DNA from: Utricularia gibba
Taxonomy: Eukaryota; Plantae; Magnoliophyta
DNA length: 64,000 nt
Direction of reading: 5' to 3'
Assembly (NCBI GenBank): GCA_002189035.1
Contig: NEEC01000008.1
Location: 2,418,001-2,482,000, forward strand
Below, one piece after another: positions 52,404 to 64,000 of this stretch (positions within the stretch are counted from its first letter, which is position 1; every line of letters starts with the position of its first letter). The position numbers and the translations under genes are program-made. Under the pieces are notes generated by a model. The model ran no database searches. It was not told the DNA's origin and saw only the letters and a program-made list of their open reading frames with translations.

Positions 52404-53348
52404 CGATACTGATACAAAGAATCACATTGTTGGTTTCCTCTTTGTACACATGCAAAATCATTGTTCCTTTGGAATCACATATGAAATAATAACCTTTCAC
52501 TGTATCCTGCCTGTGCGTGCCCTCTTGCTTCCTGTGTGAAAAGAGCATTTATTTATCCATCGTCAAACACATGGTCGGCGCTTCATCGGAGACGGTGCCC
52601 TTTTACTTCCTGCCCTGGAGCCAACGGAAAGTCATTCCCAGTTTCTTCTTCTTTGGATCAACCATCCACATCTCCAGTTAGTTTGTGTGGTGCTGCACTG
52701 TACGGATCCCTCACCTTCATGTCCTTAATGCAATATAACCTTTTTTTAAAATAGAATTAAATCCATTTATAATTCTTTTTCTTTCGAATTTTAATTTATA
52801 TAAAATGAGAAATCTCGTGTGAAAAAAATGCGAGAATTCTAAGTAACTAAAGAGCATACATAGTGATTTAAAGAGGCGCTTTAATTTTTGAAAGAGAAGG
52901 TGATGTTGCAGCATGAAAAGGATAGTCGGTGTTTAGTGTTTCCAGAAAGAAAGAAAAGGATGTAGACTGTAGAGTCGGTGCGAAACTAACTCCACACTTA
53001 ACCATGGTTAGACCATTCACCAGGGTTCATGCATATAAGTCCCGGGACTCAGCTAAAGCAAGGGACGTTATCTAACTTTGTTTTCTCGTGGAGAAGAGGA
53101 AGTAGAAGAGGAGGCCTTGGTTGAGTTTACAGCAGTGCGAGCTCCCCATTCCTTGTTTGTGGAGTGTGTTTCGTCTGAGGTAACTTTAATTCCTTGTCTG
53201 GCTTCTGTTTCTTTAGAAGGGAGGGACTAGGAAAGCGTTTTTGTAGATTGTTGTTTTTGAGCCTGTATCTGGGTGGCTGAGTTCTTGTCTTTTTTCAGAT
53301 CTATCCCTTCATCCTCGTCTCTGGCTTGATTCTTCGCCTGCTTCCGCA

Positions 53349-54681
53349 ATGAGTAGAGACGACTGCTCGAAGATCCAGGTGCCCCACCGACGTTCTCTCT
53401 TTTCTTTTCTTTTCTTTCACTGTCTCTCCTTGCAGGCGTAGCGTTTAAAAATTTTGTATTTTGATTTCGATTCTGATTCCCTCGGTGTGGGAAAATGGTA
53501 GCTTTAGCTTACCCTGTCTAAGTAAAATTCTTGTCCGCAACTGCAGACGTGTGTCCTCAAAGTCAATATTCACTGCGAAGGCTGTCGTAAAAAAGTGAAG
53601 AAGATATTGCACAAGATTGATGGTATGCTTCCTCTTTGGCAACCCTGTGCTTTTGGAGCTGTGGATTTTGTTTAATTCTTCTTTGAATCGCTTTGTTTCG
53701 TGTTCGCAGGTGTTTGCAACACTGTCATAGACACCGAGTCGGGGAAGGTGACAGTTTCGGGCGCGGTTGATCCGGCGACGCTTATTCAGAAGCTTAACAA
53801 GAAGGGTAAATATGCGCAGCTCTGGGGAGGAACGAAGCTTCTGGGAAGCAACAATCTGATGAATAATCAGATGAAGAATGGGAATTTAAACAAGGGGGAT
53901 GCAAAGATTGAGGCTTTGAAGGGACAGGGTAATACGCAGCCTAAGATTGTGGTTCCTAAGTCTTTGAACCCACAAATTCAGCAGCTGAAGGGGTTCCAGA
54001 ATCTCATAAATCAAAAAAATGTGAACGCGAAGGGTCAGAAATCGCCCGTGTTGCAAGAGGAAAGATTGAGTGAAGATGATTCTGAATCGGATGATTATGA
54101 GGACGATGACGATGGCGAGGAATATGATGAGGATGACGAGGAGGAGGAGGAAGAGGATCCTCCGTTGAATAAAACGAGGCCCATGCTTGGAAATCCTCAG
54201 CAGATGGCAATGATGATGAGCAAAATGTTGAATGCGCAGAAGGGGGAGAAGGGCGCCGACACCGGTACCGGAAATAAAGGAGGCGCCGGTCTCGGGGTGG
54301 TGGTATGGGGAATAAAAATGGTGGTAACGGCAATGGAATCCGGGAAGATAACGGCGGCGCTGGTGGTGGGCCTTTCAACATGAACAATTTCATTAGTAAC
54401 AGGTTGAAGAAAGATGGGCCGAACGTGAGTGCTGGCATGCCCCACCCGCTGGCCAGGCCACCCGGCGCCCCGGGAATCCGTACCATCAGCCGCCCCAGCT
54501 GCAGCAACAACAATACGCGGCGATGATGATGAACCAGCCAAGGGCGTATGGCAACGAGGGATTTCAGCCGACGGTATACGGCCGGCCTCCACCTGGCGTT
54601 AGCTACATGCCACCCATGACCGCCGATTATCACTACGACATGTTCAGCGACGAAAACACTCAGAGCTGCACCGTGATGTGA
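53349..54681 (+). CDS. HIPP: Heavy-metal-associated isoprenylated plant protein (HIPP), 3 coding exons, with two apparent 1-nt deletions
   Basis: [10 protein letters not shown]|[25 protein letters not shown]|[16 protein letters not shown] domain with CxxC, then acidic and Gly/Asn-rich tracts and the C-terminus [12 protein letters not shown] (CaaX). +1 is needed at 54294-54297 and 54468-54471. Confidence 0.92.
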
Positions 54682-55636
54682 TACCAGACCCGCCAGTCGG
54701 AGATTTTTCTTGTTTAAAAAATACCAAAACAGTGGCTTTCACTTTTACTCGCGCTCCGTAGTTCTGGAAAAGAGATACCTCCTCCATACACTCATGAGGT
54801 TTATACAGAAACCCGTATAGTTACAGAAAAGAAAGAAACTTATCAGACCATTTTTCTTACAACTGAAGTGCAAGGTTGGGGCAGCCACCAGGACGATGAA
54901 GCCACAGAGGCTCTGTGGCAGCTCCCCACGCCCTTGATTCAGCGCAAAGCAATTAGTTACTCGTTACATCTTCTGCCTGTGTCGTCTCTCTTGACTCATA
55001 ATCTGCCTCTGGAAGGAAGGCGATGGGGACATTGTCGCCGGCGGGGTCAACTGCACAACGCGGTTTCGGTGGCCGCATCGGAAAAATGAATGCAACGTGG
55101 GATTTAATCCTTCCCGGTCCCAAGCTCCAGAGGAGCACCCCCCACAGCCACACCCCTCATAATCATCCATCATCTGCCCTGTCTTCAATTATTCATACAG
55201 CTGCATTTTTTTTTCTTTAAACAACGTGCCGACAACACAAAATAAAAATAAAAATAAAAATAAAAATTAGAATAACAAGCAGAGGAGGAACCATCTTTTC
55301 TTTTTTAAATAATAATAATAATCACATATGTATTTTTAATATAACTCTTAATTATTCACATCGTGCTTTGTTTTATTTATATTCAATGTATAATATAAAT
55401 TATATGTATAAAAATTATTTTCGGGTGAACCCAAATTATTGATGATATATCGTGATTGAATCGTTTTTAATCGCAAATCATTCATGTAAACTATTCATGG
55501 TTTTTTTGGTCATTCAAAACACAAATGAAAACTAGATTTCACATGTACATGCGTTATGTGCAAGAGAACAAGGTCTTTTGTTCATGTTTCTGTCTCAGCT
55601 CATAAGCAAGCAATGGAAGGAACAGCATTAGGTGTT

Positions 55637-58413
55637 TTAGATCACAGATCCATCTTTTATGGTAGAGTTTTTCAGTACTACTGTAACTCCTGATCTGATG
55701 TAGAATCCCTCTGAAGATCTATCAGCCTCTTGTACTCCCTGAAACAGAAGAAACTTTAATGCTCTGTGGAATGTCAACCTCTCCTTTTTGTGTCACTAAT
55801 GGTAGGTACCTCTGCGTTCTGGATGACAACGTTTCTACCAATTCTTGCATTCTTGTCAATAATGCAGCCCCTGCACACACAAGTTCAGAGAAAGTGATGA
55901 TTCTTCTATGGAAAAACCATCCTAGAAGAAGCTGTATTTGTGGTGGTATCTACTTGATTCTCGAGTTCTCTCCGATCCCGAGAGGGACCTTTCCCTTGGC
56001 CAGGTTGAAGGCAATTTCGGAATCAGTTTCATAAAAGTCAGCTCCCAGCATTACTGTGTCCTGCAAGTATTACCAAACAATTTTTAACATGAGTGTCTTT
56101 GGATGTGAGGATGGTTCCATGGTTGGAGATGCTTGGATACAGAAATGGGACCTGCAAATGCACGTTAGAGTTGATCCTTGATCGGATGCCAACCACGCTG
56201 TGCTCGATGAAGCAGTTTGTAAGAAAACTTCCATGAGATATGATGGAATCAACTATCTACAACATGTGATTGTAAACAAGATAAAAAGGGGATCTATCTC
56301 CACATACAATGGATGGATTCTTTAGTATGTACCTTGCTGCTATCAATATTGGAGGGTGGCAAATTTCTCCTTGAAGTGTAAATGGGCTTTGTTGCATCGT
56401 AGAAACTGAATCTTGGTGGCTGAAAATAAACCCTCTAGGCTCAGATGTTGATAAAGAATGAAGAAACTAGTTGGGCAGGAGAGAGCATCTTACATGCTCA
56501 GTAAGGGCTAGATTTGCTTCAAAAAATGATCGAATGGTTCCGATATCTTCCCAGTAATCATTGAACAAATAAGCCTACAGAAGAACTCATATTAACAGCA
56601 TCAGAAACACCTTTGAGAAGTACTCTCATGCGGGTACCTTGATGAAGAACTCTTTAGCAGATGCAGGGATGATTTCTGATCCAAAATCATTGGCCGTTGG
56701 AAAACGCCATCTAGATAGCCAGAAATGGCGATACTTACATTCAATGTGAACTTTGTTGGAGGTTGCAACAGATGTTACCTTAGAAGGTTTAGAAGTATGT
56801 CCTTCTTGAAAACATAAACTCCCATTGAAGCAATGTAGGGCTTCTTCTTTGCTTCCTCCTTGGAAAGTCCCAAAACAGTTGTATCAACGGCCTGAAGTAA
56901 GATAAAGAAACATTCACTGTGAGATATCATATGACAAGTTTGAGGAAATTGTGTTAGGCGCTAAATGTACCATTGCTTTCAAATCATTCCCCTTTGGCTT
57001 TTCACTGAAGGAGAGGACTCTTCCGATGTCATTAATCTTCATTAGACCAAAATCCGAGGCTCGACTATCATCAAAAAGGGATTATTCAACGTGAAACCAA
57101 CCTCACTGTCATACACTGAGCTGATAGCCTTTTACTGGGATGAAAATGTAGAAACAAGTATATTTTACCTTTCATCTATTGGTAAACTTGAAATAGTAAT
57201 ATCCGCTCCACTTTGTCTGTGATCCTAAAGAACAAGTTGCCATTAAATACCAAATTAATAGTGATCTTATCTGATATCAGATTTGACATAGAACAAGCCA
57301 GTAAATGCTCAATTACCTGAACAAAGTCCATGTAGTCCATTCTATATAAGTGATCACCAGAGAGAATCAAAATATCTTCAATATATTTACTTCTTGGATC
57401 CTATATGTCATGAAACTGGAATCAAATCTCACCAAGATTAGCATATTAATTATTTCATTTTCATCCTTACCTCAAAAAGCCAGTGAAACTGCCTTACCGC
57501 ATCCGCAGTACCCTGAAACCAGTTTTTACCTTCTTCTCCTGGAGTCTGAGTGGCTGCTAACACCTATGATACAAAAGGAAGTTGAGTTTTAGCCATGCAC
57601 TCCAATAAAATGGTGCATCATGGTCTTTTCTAAAACCAATATGAAATGCTCCTTGTAGCTTTACTACTAACCTCAACGAACCCATCTCCAAAAGTAACCC
57701 CACCTCCAAAATTGTAAGCTCTTGCAAGATGCCTATTCAGGGATGCAGAGTTGAACTGAGTGAGAATGTATACTTTGTTGATTCCACTATTTATGCAGTT
57801 GCTCATTGGCACATCTATCAGCCTGTATGCTCCTCCTATTGGGACCTGAAACAAATTGTGTTCAGATTGTGCATAAACCACAAACCTATAACTCTTCCAG
57901 CGTTCTATATTACAAAAATGTGAACTCACAGCGGGCTTTGCACGACGTTTTGTTAGAGGGAATAGGCGGGTTCCAGCCCCTCCTCCAAGTATAATTGCCG
58001 CTACTGTTCTTGAATCATTTTTTTCCAACTCCAAATCACTCACCTGCATATAGCAAGAAGCATGAAAACTTTATTAGGCACTAAAGATAACGTAAACCGA
58101 AGACTTAAAAAAAACATCGATCAATTCATCGACGAAATAGAGACTCAAATCGGGTACAATAGAAGCTCACCTCGGTCTCACCTGCGAAATCAGTGGTAAG
58201 GATCATCCGGCATACGAGGCTCTTTCTGTCCCCAACAATCCCGCAACCGTGGCCACCATGCTGCTTAATCTTAACCGTAAGCTTCTTCCCCATGAATTCG
58301 CCATTGCAGAAGTTGACACAAGTGGCGTGTCCTCTCTGGTGCCATGATCTGGAAGTGACGGTTAACTGGCACCCGCTGGAGAAGAAAACTCCGGCTTCGG
58401 CAAAGGACGCCAT
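55637..58413 (-). CDS. APL1: ADP-glucose pyrophosphorylase large subunit (APL1-type), multi-exon
   Basis: Transit peptide, [23 protein letters not shown]|[77 protein letters not shown], ending [11 protein letters not shown]. Confidence 0.96.
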
Positions 58414-58451
58414 AGATGGAAGTTGAAGGCTGTGGCGAAGATTGCGATTTA

Positions 58452-58475
58452 GCTGCTGCTGCTGCTGCTGCTGCT
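58452..58475. repeat. (GCT)8 microsatellite in the APL1 5' leader
   Basis: Directly visible about 40 nt upstream of the ATG at 58413. Confidence 0.9.
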
Positions 58476-58804
58476 GACGAGCGAAGAAGCCATGGGACGC
58501 ATGCGATTGGTCACTTAATTCCCATTATCCAAATCTATTCACGTCCACCGATTATTTATATTTTCATTTCCATTTTTTCAATTATAATTAATCATATATT
58601 TAAATTATAGTCAAAAAATTAAATTCATCCGATTTCCATTTTTAAACTTTTTTGACGGGCATCAAGTTCAGAATCATCTAATTTTGGAAACATTGCAAAA
58701 TGGTGCATGGATTTTTCAGAGACGGCGGCGATGGGCGGATGCTGCTCGGAGGCTTGGGACATTAGATGCTTCTTCTGAGAGGTTCGCCGTACGGGTCCAC
58801 TGCA

Positions 58805-60942
58805 TCAGCCGGAAGAGAAGTGGCCCGGCGACGAGAGCGGGGAGGGAAGCACAGCCATGGGAACGGGGTTGCATGAGCTATACGCCGGCGGATATCCAAA
58901 CGCCTTCCTAGAACGGTCTCTGTATTCGTCTCGCCGCGCTGAGGAATCCGTACTTTGGGTTGATCCAGGGTGCTTGTCTTGTTCACCGGCCTCTGAAACG
59001 GAACACTCGCTGCTGAGTAGCTTCGGATCCTCCGCTGCTTCATTCCCATTCCCGGGAACGCGCTGATGATCCTCATCGAACTTGAAGGTGAACTCTTCAA
59101 ATCGGCCGTGTACAGTTCCGCATCCGTGTGCACAGCCAACAGCTGAGGAGTAGCCGGAGATTGAGTCATCCAGATGGCAGCTCTTGCAGTGACCAGTGCT
59201 AGAACTACCCCTTTTCCATTCCGGTACCAAGGAAGCGATTTCCTCATCCATCAAGTGTGCAATTCTGGTGACATCTTGATCGGTGATATCCAACTCTGCT
59301 ACCATTTCGGCTGCAACACTAAGAGGGGTATCGCTCTGGACATCAAAATTGAAGTATATGTTCCGAATGCAGCCTGATAATCGGGTTTCCACACCAGTTC
59401 TTTAGTTAGAATAGCCATAAGCAACCATGCTATTGACAAGCATTTACCTTCTTTATCAGCAATCCTGAGTCCTAAAAAAACATTGCCATCTTCTTTACTC
59501 TCTCCCTTGATACTGATCTCTACATTTTCCGGTAGATCAGCTTTAGCGGTGTTGTAGTTTGAATTCGGATCTGATCCAGTGCAAGTCAGTAGAGGCTGCC
59601 TGACGAGACTTCTTGTTTCATCGTAGCTGCCAGGCCAGAGATCACACCCATGATCATCTATTTGAAGAAAAGGATCATTTAGCAGCTCCCAAGCAGAGAG
59701 CCTGTGGGACACCTTGGCCAAACATTTTTCAATAAACATACGAATCACAGGTTCCTTAACCTTAGAAAGAGCATCTGGTTTCCTTCCCTGAGATATTAAA
59801 AGAAGAATAGCATCACTTTTAGTGATAGAAGACAAGGTTTGAAACAGAGAAAAATGTATTCAGAGCAAGTTCCTACAGAGATCACTTTCTTGTAAATTTG
59901 TGCAGGATGGCTGCATTCGCTGTAGGGATACTCCAAGGTGAGCATTTCCAAGAAGCACATCCCAAATGAATAAATATCCACTAATTCATTATACTTCTCT
60001 TCATAAACTTCTGGAGCCATGAATTCCGGTGTCCCTGGTCAAGGTTGCAGCATCATTGTGATTAAGTCACACAACACTTTTCGAAAGGCTCTAAGTCCAC
60101 TAAATCCAAGCTGAATGACTAGAAGTAAAGAATTACCAACACAGCGAGCAATGTCGGATTTCTTGAGAATTGCAGCCAGACCAAGATCACCAATCTTTAC
60201 TTGCCCCTGATTTCCATTGATGAAAATGTTATCACACTTGAGATCTCTATGAATAATTGGTGGATCGTGGCCATGAAGATAAACAAGTCCCTGCAAAATC
60301 TGTCTGCACCAATTTTTGATTGCTCTGATATTCATCCGTCGATGTTTCAGCCGATACCTTATCAGTTAAACCACTCTAGCATTAACAAACACGAATCTAG
60401 AAGCCTCAAAAAAAAAAAAAAAAGTCAACCGCATACTGTCTGAGAGTGCCGGAAGTGAACATTTCCGTGACAAAATTGATTCTTCTGTTTTGTGCATCCA
60501 CCCAAGACGTGTAGAACTTCATAATATTATTATGTTTCAATGTCTTGAGGAGATGAATTTCGTGATAGAGACGCTCGAGATCTTCTGGGCCTTGCAGAAA
60601 ATCACCAAGCTTGACCTGGTTCCACGCTACTTCAATTCCCTCATACTCATCAAAGGCTCTGAAACTGAAGGAAAGTAAAAAAAACGATCAAGAACCTCCT
60701 CACCCAGATAACAGACAGATATGATTCTACTCTAAGTCAAGAATCATACACTGTTTTGGAAGACCCTTTTCCGAGAATCTCCTTGTACTGTAAAAGGGCG
60801 TAAAATGAGCGTAAAAATTCCTCAGAGGAAGCAGGGGATGCAAGAAAACAAGATCTAAGCTAGGACTCCATACCCTCCTATATCTTCCAGTGGGATCAGC
60901 TTCAACGAAGTTAGAATCTTCGGAATCAGTAACACCATTCAT
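58805..60942 (-). CDS. WNK: With-no-lysine (WNK) protein kinase, 7 exons
   Basis: [66 protein letters not shown] and the autoinhibitory region LRIADKE|[11 protein letters not shown]. Confidence 0.95.
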
Positions 60943-61680
60943 ATCTACCCAGAAGCCTAAAACATGGTCTCCTCAGGGATCTTGAGCGCGCAAAACGAAC
61001 TCCCAAGACTGATTAGAGGCCCTCTCAAGCAGAAACACAAGGCGCGCTTTGTTGATGCAGGCTTGTGGAACTTCACCAATGGAAACCATGAAAGTTCGAG
61101 ACTTGATTTGTCTTCCTAACAGTTCATTGACAACTGTAGCCCCCCAGCGGTAGGGGAGGACCCTATTCCTGCCAAAGCCGACCGTCACTTTCAAGCAGCG
61201 ACCGGTGGAACATGGGAGTGAGTTGTAACTGGTGGAAGACAGAAAATGGTGTTTCAAAATAATAATTGTTTTTTTAGATTCAATTAAATAATCTTTTTTA
61301 AAAAAATTAAATTTTAAAAATATTTATTTTACACAACCTTTTCACAACATATTGAATTCTTGAATTTAAAATTACATATAATTCAGAAATAAGTTGAATG
61401 TTATTTTAATAATTTAATTTTGAATTATAATAACTATATTATATATATAATATATAATAATTTTGTGGAAAAAATACCTAAAGAAGATGAAGAGGAGAAA
61501 ACTCATGTAATCCCAAAGTGGAAGTCTTGATGGTGTTCCTTGATTTTCTCCATGAATCTTGAAAGTAAAACCATCCATTTTTGGAATCGTCTTCTCCGAG
61601 GATCCTTCACCATTCTGGTTTCTGTTAAAAGCCTTGAAACCAACTAGAACAAACTTCTCTGGCATTGATCGCTTGACAGG

Positions 61681-62730
61681 ATGGCCTGCCGGAGCTTCTC
61701 CCTCTCCTCCTTCATCCGCCAGCTCGGCCTCCTGTCTCTCATTCTCCTCCACTCGTCCACCGCAACCTCCGCCGTACGCCTTCACCCGGGCGGCGGGACT
61801 GTGCTTCCTTCCTTTCGTGAAGCCCCCGCCTTTCGCAACGGCCGGACATGCAAATCCTCCAACGGTCAGACCATCCGCATTGTGATGCCCTTGGACGTGA
61901 ACTATATTAGGGGAACGATGGCTGCCGTCTTGTCCATCTTGCAGCACTCCACATGCCCTGAGAATGTCTCCTTCCATTTTCTCACCATTCACATGGAGCC
62001 CGAGTTCCTGTCCCTCATCAAATCTACATTCCCTTACCTGAGCTTCTCCATGCATAGATTTGATGCCAGTCGTGTCCAGGGTAAGATATCGAAATCCATT
62101 CGTCAAGCCCTGGACCAGCCTCTAAACTACGCAAGAATATACATGGCAGACATCCTTCCGCCGGAGGTGAAGAGGGTCATCTATTTGGATTCAGATATCG
62201 TGGTGGTGGATGACATCGCCCGCCTCTGGAGCGTCGATTTGTCGAACAAGGTGTTGGCTGCACCAGAGTACTGTCATGCAAATTTCACCAACTATTTCAC
62301 AGAGGCTTTCTGGTTGGACTCCACCTTGTCCTCAACCTTCAAGGGGCGCAAGCCGTGCTACTTCAACACCGGCGTAATGGTGGTTGATGTTGAGAAATGG
62401 AGGGCGGGACGATATACTGAGAAAGTGGAGGTGTGGATGATGATTCAGAAGCAGAAGAGGATTTACAACTTGGGGTCATTGCCTCCGGTTCTGCTCGTCT
62501 CCGCCGGGAACATCAAACCGGTTCACCATCGATGGAACCAACACGGGCTTGGAGGTGACAACACGGAAGGCCGATGCAGGAGGCTCCACCCCGGGCCTAT
62601 CAGCCTTCTCCATTGGAGCGGCAAGGGGAAGCCATGGCTGAGGCTCGACGCAAGAAGGCCCTGCACTGTTGACTACTTGTGGGCACCCTATGATCTCTAC
62701 CGTTCTTCCCGTGTCGCGCTAGAAGGGTAG
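61681..62730 (+). CDS. GATL: Galacturonosyltransferase-like (GATL, GT8 family), intronless
   Basis: [36 protein letters not shown] (DxD motif), [19 protein letters not shown] and [11 protein letters not shown]. Confidence 0.95.
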   Translation: MACRSFSLSSFIRQLGLLSLILLHSSTATSAVRLHPGGGTVLPSFREAPAFRNGRTCKSSNGQTIRIVMPLDVNYIRGTMAAVLSILQHSTCPENVSFHFLTIHMEPEFLSLIKSTFPYLSFSMHRFDASRVQGKISKSIRQALDQPLNYARIYMADILPPEVKRVIYLDSDIVVVDDIARLWSVDLSNKVLAAPEYCHANFTNYFTEAFWLDSTLSSTFKGRKPCYFNTGVMVVDVEKWRAGRYTEKVEVWMMIQKQKRIYNLGSLPPVLLVSAGNIKPVHHRWNQHGLGGDNTEGRCRRLHPGPISLLHWSGKGKPWLRLDARRPCTVDYLWAPYDLYRSSRVALEG

Positions 62731-63511
62731 CTAGCAAAGGGTAGAACCACGAGAAAGAAGACCACTCCTCCTCCCATGTGAATGAATTCAAACATCTTTC
62801 ATCAAAGTTCAAAGTACACAGTCTGCGGAGGCGAGTTGTTGTAGACGATCCACCCCACGAGCAGAAGAGCGGAGAGCGCCATCGGCGACCGTCTCGGACG
62901 GCAGAAGCACTCGCCGAAAGCAAATGGGTAGCATCAGAAAGGATCGATGTCCCCATTCGTGATCTCTTCTGACATCACAAGCTCTCCAAACAGAAACCTC
63001 CAATCTTCAACGCATAGTTTCGTTTTCACGAAGCTCAGACCTTTTTCCTGGTTTTCAGTGCACAAAATGCCCAAAGATCCTTCACAAATCTTGGGGGTTT
63101 GTCAAAAGTCGAAAAGGCAACCGAATTGATTCCGGAGGAAATAAGTTCAGTATTAAATGAATTAACTCTATTTAAATAATACTTTACATATATATATATA
63201 TGTATCTATAAAAATATTAAATCAAATTCAACGTCAATCCAAATATAAACAAATTAGGTTTTCGTGAATTTGGGTATCTTCATGTTCTTCTTGATGGTGT
63301 CTCTCTCTCCCTGAACAAGATAAATGGCTTCTTCCAAAAGCAGTAGTTACTGAACTCAGGACACGGAAAACCTGTTTAGAGGATTAAAAGGCTTTTACAT
63401 GAGACAGAAAAGAAGATGCAGCCAACCGAAATCGTTTATTTTGTAGCTGCTGTACAAATTTTTCTCCTGTTGTGACAATGTTACAGACACGGGTGTTGAT
63501 CTACGCATGAA

Positions 63512-64000
63512 TCACATCAAGCTTGACCTCTTTTTCTTGTTCCCTCTCCAAGTCAAGCTGTTCAGGTGAGTTTTCCATGCCTGTAGACTACCTGTTTGTG
63601 AACTTCCAGCTTCACATTTGGGAGGGGCGTGGTGGAACTTGAGGCTGGTGCTCCCTGCTTCTTGCTCTCGTTCTTCATGGTCGTCATCACTGTCATCTTC
63701 TTCATCTTCTTGATTCTCTGCCTCGATCTCCATTTCATTCTTTAGACTGGGGATTTTGTTCACTGAAAAATGATTGCTTGCATGGGGCAATTCATTGCTG
63801 CTGAAGATGGTGTTGGTTGGAGGATTCTCTTTGGTCCTTTTTGCTGGATTCCTCGGGGTATCATCCTTGCTCACCGTTTTTGTCCACTGAGAATGAGCGA
63901 CTGAATCATCACGAATAAGCTCCTTTCGACGTCTCTTACCAGTAAGGAGAACATCAGCGTTGAATCCTGAACTCTTATCTGGCTTGAGTTCAGGTACATC
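63512..64000 (-). CDS. 3' end of an unidentified protein (basic NLS-like cluster and acidic tract); continues beyond the window
   Basis: Frame is open from 64000: DVPELKPDK..GKRRRKELI..EDEEDDSDDDHEE..FHHAPP..WKTHLNSLTWRG..*. No family recognised. Confidence 0.6.
   Translation of the reverse strand, partial: DVPELKPDKSSGFNADVLLTGKRRRKELIRDDSVAHSQWTKTVSKDDTPRNPAKRTKENPPTNTIFSSNELPHASNHFSVNKIPSLKNEMEIEAENQEDEEDDSDDDHEEREQEAGSTSLKFHHAPPKCEAGSSQTGSLQAWKTHLNSLTWRGNKKKRSSLM

Noticed and set aside
2875-54471. Programmed ribosomal frameshifting or mass pseudogenisation as the cause of the frame breaks
   Set aside because: The breaks hit unrelated housekeeping genes, share no slippery heptamer or downstream structure, and are all single missing bases in G/C runs; consensus error is simpler.
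54964-55188. 74-aa minus-strand ORF ending QIMSQERRHRQKM, faintly like a bHLH basic region
   Set aside because: A stop follows immediately and no helix-loop-helix residues appear in adjacent frames.
30613-58413. SEIPIN1, PPDK and APL1 as a carbon-storage gene cluster
   Set aside because: They are separated by unrelated genes over 28 kb; ordinary synteny explains the neighbourhood.
62479-62508. GATL motif LPPFLLVFAG changed to [10 protein letters not shown]
   Set aside because: The DxD and HxxGxxKPW catalytic motifs are intact; two substitutions are within normal divergence or error.

Overview
Eukaryotic nuclear DNA from a flowering plant (dicot-like) with a very compact genome. It holds about 23 protein-coding loci in 64 kb, introns are mostly 70-120 nt, and there are no intact transposons, rRNA, tRNA or CRISPR arrays. 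Loci in order: ARID4 (3' part), group VII ERF, COP1-interacting-like protein, subtilase SBT1.4-like, a candidate small secreted peptide, a pseudo-receiver/GARP regulator, PRA1.F, an ELL/occludin-domain protein, a PLS-E PPR, SEIPIN1, LEC14B/DCAF11-like WD40, DMP plus RRM, PPDK, a twin-CX9C protein, MsrB, MO25, a BSD protein, a HIPP, AGPase large subunit APL1, a WNK kinase, GATL and a truncated unknown. About 15 reading-frame breaks are each repaired by adding one base to a short G or C run, which most likely reflects uncorrected long-read consensus errors rather than pseudogenes. Best leads: (1) an in-frame GT-AG splice with a CTAAT branch point that would join a DMP membrane domain to a LINE-ORF1-type RRM; (2) a two-exon PSY/RGF-like peptide precursor lacking the DY motif and missing from the ORF track; (3) a type-B-like response regulator with Ser at the phospho-Asp position; (4) a PPDK with a cytosolic-type start, no visible transit-peptide exon and apparently lost introns. 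All family assignments are by manual reading and recall; no searches were run.
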